From NCBI GenBank assembly GCA_951406725.2, contig OX597815.1:54560001-54624000 (forward strand): 64,000 bases of DNA, in the 5' to 3' direction. How positions within the stretch are numbered: the first letter of the stretch is position 1; each line of letters starts with the position of its first letter. Under the pieces are notes generated by a model. It did not search any database, was not told the origin of the DNA, and saw nothing but the letters and a program-made list of their open reading frames with translations. This DNA is from Octopus vulgaris (Eukaryota). The position numbers and the translations under genes were made by a program. Positions 12,201 to 23,647 of the stretch are shown one piece after another.

Positions 12201-12602
12201 TATTCTTGCGAAGCAGGAATTAATACGTTTCCATTGTGACAACAATTCAGGATCTCACTTGATAATCTTAGAGCACCACAGTATCGACAAATAACATTCA
12301 TATCACCAATATGGAATCCTAAAAGTTGATCTTAATTTATGGCATTTCTCCACTGTTGAACTCTGTTTCTCATATTCTGTAGATAAGCTTCTCTCTCCTC
12401 GGGATTCATGTTATTTTTTCTCTCTTGATTTCTGTTTCTTCTATTGTAAAGATAAATTTCTCTCTCTTCTTGGTTCATATTATTCCTCATTTCTTGCATT
12501 TCTTCTCGAATTTGCTTGCGTCTCTTCTGCTCGTAACCGTTGTCATCGTCTTCTCTGTCGCTCTCTTGCTTCTACTCTTTGTTGACTTATTCTCTCTTCC
12601 AT
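9236..12602 (-). pseudogene. Helitron RepHel (PIF1-like helicase) pseudogene
   Basis: CRYCGAL..CCHNG, YNSAFAF, FRLQGQIYH, IVPYNRYLL, RYVSPPE, Walker A DAPGGSGKT, FGGEIIVLGGFRQ, ICNGTR, MTINKAQGQT, FSHGQL, IVYREVL*. Many frameshifts. Confidence 0.92.
11097..11311 (+). mobile_element. Full-length SINE inserted in the Helitron
   Basis: SINE core and tail, with a perfect 16-bp TSD AATATTATGGAAGCGC at 11081-11096 and 11312-11327. Confidence 0.92.
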
Positions 12603-13569
12603 TTTTAAGAAAGGTTGAATCTGTAAGTGATATGAGAAAACGTAGTAGTGTTTTAATATATAGAATGATAAAGCGAATTATATGTAATCAGTTGTAACTA
12701 TACTACAATGAATTTCTTCAGGAATATAATGCAACGTTAAAATAGCTTTAGCTTCACTACATGCTTCCGTGACAAATCTTTACTTCTGGAAGTCTATGGT
12801 CGCATTCTATCATTTTTAATTTTCATAGGCTGTACGCAAATTGTGTCCAGATGAAAAATATTGGGAATGTTATGCAAGTTTTTGTATATTATTCAATATT
12901 CTCAATAATTATGATGAATTATTTCAGATGTATTATATTTATGTATCCTTTGAAAAACAAACAAAAAGAACCTCAAAGCTCACACCTCCCAAGGATGTGG
13001 AAGTGAGCGTTGTGCAATGTGCAGTCTATGAACTGTCGAACTGAAAACGTAAAATATTATATGAAAATGTATTTGTAGTATAACACAAAAATAATAAAAA
13101 TTATTCGAAAGTTAAATATGGTCACCATTTAAAGATGCTTTTAAGGTCCAGGTTTATATAAACCTGTAGAATACGTCATAGATAGGAAGAAAGAGAGTTC
13201 AGAGAGAAACAGACAGAGAGAGGCAGACAGACAAACATTTATTAATAATATAAGTATATTTTAAGTTATTGTGTGGAAGTATATGTGAAATACATCCGTT
13301 ACAGCACTTCCTTATATTATATGTAGATAATATATCGTCATTTTCTTCCTTCCACAAAACGAAAGGAAATAACTCGAATTTAATTCTGAATTATCTCCCT
13401 TAACGTGACAAACACCGACGGTACAAGCGTATTAATATATAGATGATGATGATAATAGTTATGGAGGCGACACAATGCGAGCACGTCATTTATATATATA
13501 TGCGTACGTACATATATGTGCACATGTATATACAAATAAAGAGAGGAAGAGAGAGAGATGTGATCTCAA

Positions 13570-16205
13570 TATCAACTCTCGTGGGAACCCCACGAACGAC
13601 TCATGAAACCATGATGCAACATAACAAGGAAAGAATTAACGGCGAGAATGGAGATATAGCCGATCATGGTGGAGGTTCTCGGCACGGCACGTCCGAAACC
13701 GTCCGCATCAGGGGCAGTGATTTGGCCTCGGACGGTCGTTATGTTACAACAGATCACATACATGGTGTGCGCAAAAAACAGACATAAGTGGAGGAAGGAA
13801 GTGTACGATATGCTTATTGAATGTCATGAAAGACCGAAAGTCGCGGAGTAGGTCGATGTGCCTTGAAATTTGGCATGGAAAATAAACTAATGAACCAAGT
13901 AAGAGTGATTAGGAGGAAGGGTTACTTATCTGAAGTAGAAATATCTCGGATTAGTGAGAGCCTGAGAGACCTTGCTGATGGGCTACAAAGGATGGTCCGA
14001 GCTGAAAACAGGGAGGTAGGAGTTGAAAGCAGGGAGAAAAATAGAAAGGAGGAACAGGCTAATGGTGATGGGGCTGTTAAGGATAAGGAACAGGAACTTT
14101 AAACAGTGAACCCTGATACTGTTGTGGGTGGACATGCAAGGGAAACGAACCAGCTAGATAATGAATTGCTTGAAATTCAAATAAGACTCACCGACTTATT
14201 GACTGCTCCAGAAGAAAAAATCCTCATGAATATGAGAAGGGTAGATAGGAGTATGATAAATAAAGTAACACAAAACATAAACACTGTCATACCATACATC
14301 TAGTCGGAGGACATGACACAAACAAGGAATCTTCTCCGAGCTATTGCATTACTTTTTGAGGAGAAATTACAACTTAAGAGAACAAAAAATGGTGAAGCAA
14401 AAGAACCATGTTGGAAACGATGCATTGAAAGAGACATAATGTGAGCAAGGCAAGATCTAGGAAAAATTGAGCAATGGTTAACAGGAAACTGGAAAAATTG
14501 GGAAAGGACCGACCGAAAAAAAATTAGAGAAGAAATATGAAATACGGAAGAACGGGTTTGGTGCATTAATAGGACAGTTAAAACAGAGGATCATGTCAAA
14601 AAGAAGATGAGAAAATTTGTGAACAGAAATAAGCAGCTCAAGGAGAACAGATTGTTAAAAAGTAGCCCGAAGCAATTCTTCTGAACATTAGAAAGAGACA
14701 ATGGGGAAAATCTTGCTCTTGATGCAAATCAAGACAAGTAGTTCTGTGGCGTATTATGGGAAAGCAATGTGGTACATAAAAGGAATGCAATGTGGATAGG
14801 AACTATCAAGACATAATTACTGAGGTCGACTTTGCCTTTCATCCTTTCGAGGTCGATAAATAAAGTACCAGTTACGCACTGGGGTCGATGTAATCGACTT
14901 AATCCCTTTGTCTGTCCTTGTTTGTCAGGGTACTAAGGATCACCTGGTCATCGATAAAACAGTTTTGAGGCATTGTAAAAAACATCATACAAACATTATT
15001 TACATTTGACGGATAAAAACATGTCTATGACGTGCATTGACTTTAAGAAGGCATATGATATGATGCCTCATTCTTGGATTGTTGAATGCCTGCAGATGTT
15101 TGATGTTGCTGACAACACAAATTTTCTGATGCAGAGCATGAAAAAGTGGAAAACCAGATTGTAATCAAGTAATGTATTCCTTAGAGAAGTTAATATTAAA
15201 AGGGGAATCTTCCAACGTGACTCATTTTCTCGGTTATTTTTGTAATTTCACTAATACCCATAACAATGACACTTAGGAAATTTAAGATGGGTTACTGATG
15301 TAGGAAGAAAGGCCCATTATTGAACCATCTTCTGTTTATGGATGACCTGAAATTGTTTGAGAAATCTGAAAACCAGATAGATTCCTTAACCAAAACAGCT
15401 CAGAAGTATGTTAGGGACATCAGTATGGAGTTTGGGATCACTAAATGCTCAGTACTTAATATGAAAAGAAGCAAGAAAGCGGCCAGCAGAGGATTGCTGT
15501 TACCATCAGGAGAGACCATGTGTGAACCCGACGGCAGTGGGCATAGATATTTAGTGATTTTGGAGCTGGATGACATTCTACACAGAGAAATGAAAGTCAA
15601 GGTCAGCAAGGCCTACCAAAACAAGGTGAGGATGGTGTTTAAATCCAACTTGAATGCAAAAAATTTGATTACCGCCATGAATATCTGGGCAGTTGTGCTG
15701 GTCAGATATAGAATGTCCATCCTCGAATGGACTTAGGAGGAAATATCAACACAAGATAGAAGGACGAGAAAGCTGATGACGCTGCTTGGGGCGCTACGAC
15801 CTAAAGCAAATGTAAACAGACTGTATGTGAAAAGAAAGAATAGTGGCAGAGGACGAATTAATATAAACCATTGTATAAGGAATGAAAGGAGAACGCTTGC
15901 CGAGCATTTGATAGTGATGAAGACCTGCTGCAATATGCCGTGAAATATATGCCTTGAAAGATATGCAGATGAAATGATGAGCAAGGAAGAGTTTAACCAA
16001 AGAACTGAGGTGAAAAGAAAAGAAGACCTTCTTGAAATGAGAATGTATGGACAGTTTGAAAAGAATACACAAGACGTTAAGGATAATACAGCAACGTGGG
16101 CATGGCTTGAGCGAGGTGGTTTGAAGCGTACTACCGAAAGCCTGATCATTGCTGCACAACATTAGGCTCTAGCTGCCAATTCAGTGAAGTATAATATCTA
16201 TAAAA
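13570..16205 (+). mobile_element. R4/Dong LINE, 5' region through RT, 3'-truncated
   Basis: LMNQVRVIRRKGYLSEVE, IDFKKAYDMMPHSWI, GIFQRDS, NHLLFMDDLKLF, MYGQF, LKRTTESLIIAAQ. Confidence 0.88.
14820..14926 (+). mobile_element. SINE fragment inside the Dong LINE
   Basis: SINE core sequence; no TSD seen. Confidence 0.85.
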
Positions 16206-17340
16206 CTTCGTTACTTTTATTCCTTATTGATTGTTTAATTTGGTCAATCTCTAATTCAGTTAGTAATTTCTTTTTCATAATGTTTCTTCTGGCTTTGGCA
16301 AGTTTGTGACAGTCTATGTAGGATCTTAATTCAAGGTGCTTCTGTCTCCAGTTTAGGTAGGTTTATTCAGTATTAGATTTATTTGTGGGTAAATACATGG
16401 CATGATAGAAGGCCTTGAGAACTTCTTTATTATCTCCACGTGACTATTTTTCATTCTTTTTCTTTTGGTTATTTGATGACGAGCGTGGATGGCCATCTGC
16501 TGGAATAGTCTGTTTGTGGGGTACTTCCAGCTCCTGTGTTTCGAGAAAATTTGAAACAGTAGCTGATTTTTCGCACACAATCTGGTCCCTCACTGGAGTG
16601 CGCGGCCATTGTTGATCCGGGTGATGGGGGACCCGGTGTATATTTTGCTTTGTTATCATTGAGGCATGACGAGCTTGGACGTTGACATTAGGGGACGGAT
16701 CTGTCTGTTTAGGGTTAATGTTTTGAGACAACACCGCCTCCGAGTTTTCTGGGTGAAAACATTGCTCGTAACGTAGCTTCTTAAGGCTAACAGATCTGTA
16801 TTCGTCTGTATTTTTTCTTTTTTGACAGATTTATCTCCGAGCATAGTTTTGTATGTGTGTGTGTGTAGTGTTCTTAAACTTATGAATTGTTCACTCTGTG
16901 TTAATTCGAAAAATAAGAAAAGAATTTGTTTTTTTTTTGGCTTCGTTTGTGCATGTGTGTCCTATAAACTTCACGTAGTTGTGTAAGTATTGAGATGTAT
17001 GTGTATCCCTATGGGTAATAAAATGTATTTATGACAGTTCAGACATTAGAGTGTATGCCTAATTTATCTCCGATTTTGTTCCACTTATATTTTATAATTT
17101 GTAAACTTTCTGGTGTTGATTTCTCGTGACCTTCGGACGTTTCACTGAGACATCGTGCATAGGAGAAACTGTGCGTTGTATAGCAGTAAAATTTCGTTTT
17201 TGTGATTATTTTCGTTAAAACGCCGCTTCCTTCGAGTCTTCCACAGGTTCTTTTATCCCATTCCACTGATGCTATTAGATTAGATTTGCTTTTGTATGGA
17301 GAACCCAGGGTAGCATATCCATGTTTTTATTCAGTACAGA
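16206..17340 (-). mobile_element. 5' part of another R4/Dong-like LINE (UTR and N-terminal domain)
   Basis: Minus strand NWRQKHLELRSYIDCHKLAKARRNIMKKKLLTELEIDQIK resembles the N-termini at ~26850-27070 and ~13870. The upstream boundary is taken at the microsatellite. Confidence 0.6.
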
Positions 17341-17344
17341 GTTC

Positions 17345-17716
17345 TTTCATCTTCTCCTTCTTCTTCTTCTTCTTCTGTTTCTTCTTCTTCTTCTTCTTCT
17401 TCTTCTTCTTCTTCTTCTTCTTCTTCTTCTTCTCCTTCTTCTTCTTCTTCTGTTTCTTCTTCTTCTGTTTCTTCTTCTTCTGTTTCTTCTTCTTCTTCTT
17501 CTTCTTCTTCTTCTTCTTCTTCTTCTTCTTCTTCTGTTTATTATTCTTCTGTTTCTTCTTCTTCTTCTTCTTCTTCTTCTTCTTCTTCTTCTTCTTCTTC
17601 TTCTGTTTCTTTTTCTGTTTCTTCTTCTTCTTCTTATTATTATTATTATCATTATTATTATCATTATTATTATTGTTATTATTATTATTATTGTTATTAT
17701 TATTATTATTATTATT

Positions 17717-17802
<86 letters not shown>
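17345..17802. repeat. Compound (TTC)n-(TTA)n-(TCA)n-(TTA)n microsatellite
   Basis: Direct inspection; source of the poly-F/L/K/R ORFs. Confidence 0.97.
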
Positions 17803-17803
<1 letters not shown>

Positions 17804-18100
17804 TCCTTTTATCACAGCTTTTTTAGAACTCCTAGAGTCTTGCATGCGTAGCGAGCATGCTACCTGCAGCCTACAGTACCATGTTATCCTTTCTTTACAG
17901 TTACATAATACTTTCCTAATTATTCTGGTCATACCAAGGAGGCAAATCTTTTGTAACAGTTCTACTGGTCACTCTATTCTAATTTCCTTGATATTCCTCT
18001 TGATGCCTTCTGATACTGTTCCCAAGGACCCGACAGTAATTGGCACTATCTTCCCCTTCTGCATTTTCCATAACCGGGCTATTTCGTACTAAAGAGAGTT
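17803..18100 (-). mobile_element. Dong LINE 3' fragment
   Basis: IVPITVGSLGTV...LLQKICLLGMTRIIRKVL, followed by (TAA)n. Confidence 0.8.
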
Positions 18101-18117
18101 GTATTTATTATTATTTT

Positions 18118-18155
<38 letters not shown>

Positions 18156-18171
18156 ATTCTTATTCCTATTC

Positions 18172-18212
<41 letters not shown>

Positions 18213-18219
18213 GTTATTA

Positions 18220-18269
<50 letters not shown>

Positions 18270-18278
18270 GTTATTATT

Positions 18279-18325
<47 letters not shown>

Positions 18326-18858
18326 GAGTGAGAGAGCAGTTCATGCCATCAAAGTGACACTGGGGTAAAATATACGAAGCCCAATATACCCATCATGACT
18401 ACCCGTCTGATAAGGGTACACCAAGCACATGCATCACAACCATATGTGCGCGACATGGTGATCTCATATCAAGATAAACAGCATATGACTTTGCAGGTGG
18501 GGCCCAGTTAGAAATTTCTTCAGGTTGAGTAGCCCATCCCGCTCAAAAGGTCCCTGAATAAGGGTTGTTTAAGGATGTTGAAAGAACCACCCATGTTTCC
18601 AGAGGTGAATTATTCAAACCCCAAAGAATCCCACTCAACACATGGCTATGATGCTCTCCCACTACTTCTGCTCGTGATCAGAGATGCACAAATCGTCAGC
18701 CACTAAGGGACATGCTCAACTGGTTAAGGTCAAACAACTGACAAGCAAATCTGTGGTATTGAGCAGAATATTTGCTGTAGCCCATCTTTTATACCAAGAC
18801 AAAACTAAGTACATGATGACACTTCCAATCAGTTAAGATCAGAAGCCATGAGAGCCAC
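18326..18858 (-). mobile_element. ~550-bp non-coding repeat family, near-complete copy
   Basis: Colinear with 20048-20595 and abuts (TTA)n. Confidence 0.85.
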
Positions 18859-18859
18859 A

Positions 18860-19904
18860 GCTTCTAATGCTTGAGATGTATTACTGTATCAGCTGTTCAC
18901 TATCAGTGAACTAAGGTAACACCCCTTATTTTTTGAGTACCATCTGGAGTATTCGAGCGGTTCCATGCAGTGCTGTTTTCTGCAAGTGCTCCACCCCTAT
19001 TGCAGCGCCTATTTGTTCCGTGTACTTCACGAGATTTTTACTCATTGTTCCCAGAGCTCCGACAATTATTGGTACTACTACCTTAACTGCTTAACCTCCT
19101 AAGCTACCTGTCATATCTATCGACCGTTCTTTCTTCTTTATCGCATACCTTGTTGTTAGCTGGGCATCCTATATCTATTATCCAGCATCGTTTGCTTTCT
19201 TTCTCAATTAACACTATGTATGGTTTCCTATTCTCTATCTCATGGTCGCACTGAATCATAAAATCCCATAGAATCATTATCATTTTCGATGATGCCTTCG
19301 GGTTTATGTTCTCACCACATTTTTGCTCTGTCAAGTCCATTCTTGTTGCAAAATGTCCATTGGACAATCCTTGCTATATTGTCATGACGTCTCTTATATT
19401 CCTTCTGGGCTAGTGGCGTACATTGACTGGTAATATGTCATACAGTTTCACCATTTTGTCCATAAATTCTGCACTTACCACTTCCTGATGTGTTGTCTAT
19501 TCTGTATTTTACATAACTAGTTCTTAATGCTTGCTCTTGGACAGCAGATATTAGAACCTCCTTTTCCAGTTATTAGTCACTTTTAATCTTCCATAACCAT
19601 ATTTTTCTCTGCCTGGTTTATCTTCAACATATTTTCTTTATCCACCTATTTTCAGTTTTATTCATTCTCAAATGCTTGTACAGTGCTTTACCTTTGCAAT
19701 GTTCCACAAGCCTGACCCTCGTACTTCCAATAATAGCGGTTTTGTGGCATTTTTTAGATGCCATACTATGTACTTTTCTTCTGCTCTAATGCTGTTTTCG
19801 CATTCAATCAGTTCGCTTCCCCTCTTTTTCTTAGTACATAGTATGTGTCACTTGTTGGGCGGAGTATCCCATATCTAGTCAGCATCTTTCTTGTCTTTCT
19901 GTCC
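18860..19904 (-). mobile_element. Dong LINE 3' fragment (CCHC and RLE)
   Basis: DRKTRKML, SAVQEQALRT, ILWDFMIQCDHEIENRKP, IIDIGCP, VPIIVGALG. Confidence 0.88.
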
Positions 19905-19925
19905 TTCTTCTTCTTCTTCTTCTTC

Positions 19926-20047
<122 letters not shown>

Positions 20048-20595
20048 GTGTGAGAGAGTGCATGCAATCAAAGTGGCACTGGGGTAAAATATACGAAGCC
20101 CAGTATACCCATCATGACTACCCGTCTGATAAAGGTACACCAGACACATGCATCACAACTATGTGTGCGCGACAGGCTGATCTTCTATCAAGATAAACAG
20201 CGCATGACCTTGCAGGTGGGGCTCAGTTAGAAATTTCTTCTGGTCGAATAACCCATCCCGCTCAAAAGGCCCCTGAATAAGGATTAAGGATTTTGAACGA
20301 AACACCCATGTTTCCAAAGGTGAATTGTCCAAACCTCGAAGAATTCCTTTCAACACACGTCTATGATGCTCCTCAATTACTTCTGCTCGGGATCAGAGAT
20401 GCACATATTGTCAGCCACTAAAGGACATGCTCAACTGGTTAAGGTGAAACAACTGACAATCAAATCTGTGGTATTGAGCAGAATATTTGTTATAGCCCAT
20501 CTTTTACACCAAGACAAAACAATGTACATGATAACACTTCCAATCAGTTAAAATCAGAAGCTATGAGAGTCACTGTCTAGTACTGGATCAGGACA
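20048..20595 (-). mobile_element. ~550-bp non-coding repeat family, apparently complete copy
   Basis: Flanked by TTA repeats on both sides; no credible ORF. Confidence 0.85.
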
Positions 20596-20609
20596 TTTAT
20601 TATTATTTT

Positions 20610-20677
<68 letters not shown>

Positions 20678-20709
20678 TCATTATCATTATTATTATCATT
20701 ATTACTTTT

Positions 20710-21831
20710 TTTTTCTTCTTTCAAATTTGCTTCCATTTCTTGCCGAGTGTCTTCCCGACTCCTAGGGCAAAGAAACTCATAGTATACCTTGGTAGGCCAT
20801 TAAACCAAACTCAGTAGTTCGTTCATTTTTTCTTTTTTTTTTTTTTAAGTTAAATTAAAATACATGAGCAGCAACAGTTCTCACATCGACAATGCTCTTC
20901 TCAATACGTGTGATGTACCAGTTAAGACAATCTTTTGCACTTCTTGCAGGGATGGTAAGCCAGGGATCATTCTCATATAATTTTCGGTTCCCTTCTTGAT
21001 CATTCCTAGTGCTCCTACGATCACTGGTATTGTAACCGCCTTGAGATGCCACATTTTCTCAATTTCAATGAGTAGGTCTTTATATTTTCTGAGCTTGTCA
21101 AACTCTTTCGCTGAGATATTATGATCACAGGGGATGCTCATGTCGATCAATAAGTAAACTTTATTGTTTTGGTCTTTCACAACAATATCTGGTTTATTGG
21201 CCTTGATTGTTCGGTCTGTATGTATTGGAAAGTCCCACAGAATGGTTACATTTTCTCCTTCAGTTACAGCCTCAGGGTGGTGATTATACCACTTGTCGGC
21301 AGTTTTGATATTGTAATGCCGACTTATTAGCCAGTGGAGATATTGGCCAACTCTGTCATGTCTTAATTTATACTCCACTGGTGCTAAGACTTTACATCCA
21401 GAGATTAGGTGGTCCACTGTTTCAATCATGTCGTTGCAGAATCGGCATTTTGGGTCTGCTCCATTTTTCATCACATTGGCCTGGTAGTTCCGGGTTAATA
21501 GGCTTTGATCTTGAGCAGCCAGGATGAAACCTTCGCTCTCTGCTTTTAGCCCTGAGCTCCGTAGCCACTGATGGGTTTGCTTCTGGTCAACATCAGCTTG
21601 TTTGCTGCGGGTCGCATATTTGCCGTGCAGAGGTTTCTCCTACCACCTATCAGCCAATTGCTCGTGCGCTTTTTTCATTGCCATCATTTTCACCTTCTTT
21701 GCAACAATAGTTGCCGTACTTCCCTCGGGTTGTTCAGTTTGGGTATCCTGCACGAGATCAATAGCAAATTTTTTGCTTTCCTTTATGATAGAATGAAGCT
21801 TCTTTCGTCTCTCGTGATTTTCCACGAGCTT
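20710..21831 (-). mobile_element. Dong LINE 3' fragment with a well-preserved CCHC-RLE reading frame
   Basis: ORF 20881-21474: CRFCNDMIETVDHLISGC, RHDRV, KPDIVV, LIDMSIP, KYKDL, PVIVGALG. The 3' UTR is related to those at ~30980 and ~60610. Confidence 0.93.
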
Positions 21832-21840
21832 TAATTATTA

Positions 21841-21985
<145 letters not shown>

Positions 21986-22074
21986 CATTATTATCATTAT
22001 TATCATTATCTCCACCATCATCATCATCATCATCACTGTTATTTACTTTGAACTTGTATATTTGATAAGTGGTT

Positions 22075-22492
22075 TTAGATTATTCATCTAATTCAGAGTC
22101 ATTACAACACATACATTTAAGCCGATAGAGTTTTTCGAGGATGAGGGCAGTACTTCTCAGCACAATCTGTTGGATTTCCTTGAGGCATGGGATGTTTAGA
22201 TATTTCTGTCATCCCTTTTTTATTATACCTAAAGCACATACAATTACCGGAACGGCTTTTGCTTTTAGATGCTACATGTTTTATATTTCAAAATTTTCAG
22301 GTGTTTGTATTTACTAAATTTGTCAAATTCCTTTCTAGATATATTTTATCTGTGGGAATACTTGAATCTATTAGTTTATAAGTATTTTCTTCCTTGTTTT
22401 TAATAATTTTGTCTGATCGATTAGCCTGGATCGTTCTGTCGGTGTTGACTGGAAATTCCCAAAGGATAGTGAAATTTTTGCCTTCAACGACT
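22075..22492 (-). mobile_element. Decayed Dong LINE RLE fragment
   Basis: ILWEFPVNTDRTIQANRSDKII, LIDSSIP. Confidence 0.75.
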
Positions 22493-22500
22493 TATTATTA

Positions 22501-22577
<77 letters not shown>

Positions 22578-22580
<3 letters not shown>

Positions 22581-22955
22581 TAGTTTTATTTTTATAGCGT
22601 GCTTTCACTTCACTACCGAGCGCAGCTCTGTGTGCCTTGGGTATGTGCTGTGATTTGTTGTGATGCTCTGATGGTTATTGTATGGAAAGTGTTCTGCGTA
22701 GGATGTGTGCAGTGCCTAGTAGTGCAATTTTCTGTATGTTATATGTGTTTGTAAGTCCTGGTGTTTTTGTTATGTATTTGTCTGAATATTTTTTTATCAT
22801 GCCTAATGCACCTACTATGATAGGAATTGTTTCTGTTTTCAGGTTCCACATTCTAGTTACCTCTATTTCCAGGTCTTTGTATTTTGAGAGTTTCTCCATT
22901 TCTTTTAGAGACACGTTGTCATCTGCCGGTATTGATACATCAATTAGAAAGCATT
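22578..22955 (-). mobile_element. Short Dong LINE 3' fragment
   Basis: KLSKYKDLEIEVTRMW...PIIVGALG...QKIALLGTAHILRRTLS*, plus 3' UTR; TTA on both sides. Confidence 0.92.
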
Positions 22956-22963
22956 TATTATTA

Positions 22964-23030
<67 letters not shown>

Positions 23031-23031
<1 letters not shown>

Positions 23032-23633
23032 TTATGTGTGACTTTTGCTTTGCATTTGTACAAGTTGGTTCCAAGTCTCATCCAGAGATCTCAAGAGACA
23101 ACAAGTCAGAAGTTCATTTTGGTGTTATGCTTAGGGTGCCATATATTTGGTTTTGTACATAGTGTTGTTCTAGAGAATGTTTAAGAAGCCATAAGAAAAT
23201 TAGGTGCTTGTTTTAAAATTGAGATTACATAGACATTATTGTTGTTGTTGTTGTTGTTATAGACGTTGTACAGTATACAATGATGTGAAGATGTTGATTG
23301 AAGATATTGTACTGTTTGTAAGTCACAAAGACCTCAGACAGACAGTTCTTTACGCAATATGCGTGCAGTTCCAAGTAATGTCGACTTTTGCAATAAGGTT
23401 TTCAGATATTTTTCAGATTGGGTGGCATTGATCCCAATGCTCCGATGACAATAGGGATAACCTTTATGTTCGATTCTCATAGCTTCCACATCTTAGCGAT
23501 TTCAATTCTCAGGTCTCCATATTTATCGACTTTTTCTCTTTCTTTCCTGATGATATGTTGATCTATGTCGATTATTAGGCACTCTTATATGGCTCATAAT
23601 AGTTACTATATCCGACCTTCGGTGCTCTAACAC
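23031..23633 (-). mobile_element. Decayed Dong LINE 3' fragment
   Basis: KYGDLRIEIAKMW, KVIPIVIGALGS. Confidence 0.75.
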
Positions 23634-23647
23634 TATTATTATTTTGT

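Larger units (their letters stand above)
9047..13327 (-). mobile_element. Helitron, internally deleted, with both termini recognisable
   Basis: 5' A|TCTACATATAAT at 13327. 3' hairpin CCGTGAAAATTTTCACGG (9057-9074) followed by TTAG|T, a degenerate CTAG. RepHel motifs lie inside. Confidence 0.85.

Noticed and set aside
17268-17344. Possible HDV-like fold at the 5' end of the minus-strand LINE piece
   Set aside because: P1- and P2-like pairings exist, but there is no P3/L3 or P1.1.
17202-18368. Long poly-F/L/K/R/I ORFs (similar ones at 6482-6803, 8422-8739, 19808-20149 and 21758-22036)
   Set aside because: They are translations of trinucleotide microsatellites, not genes.
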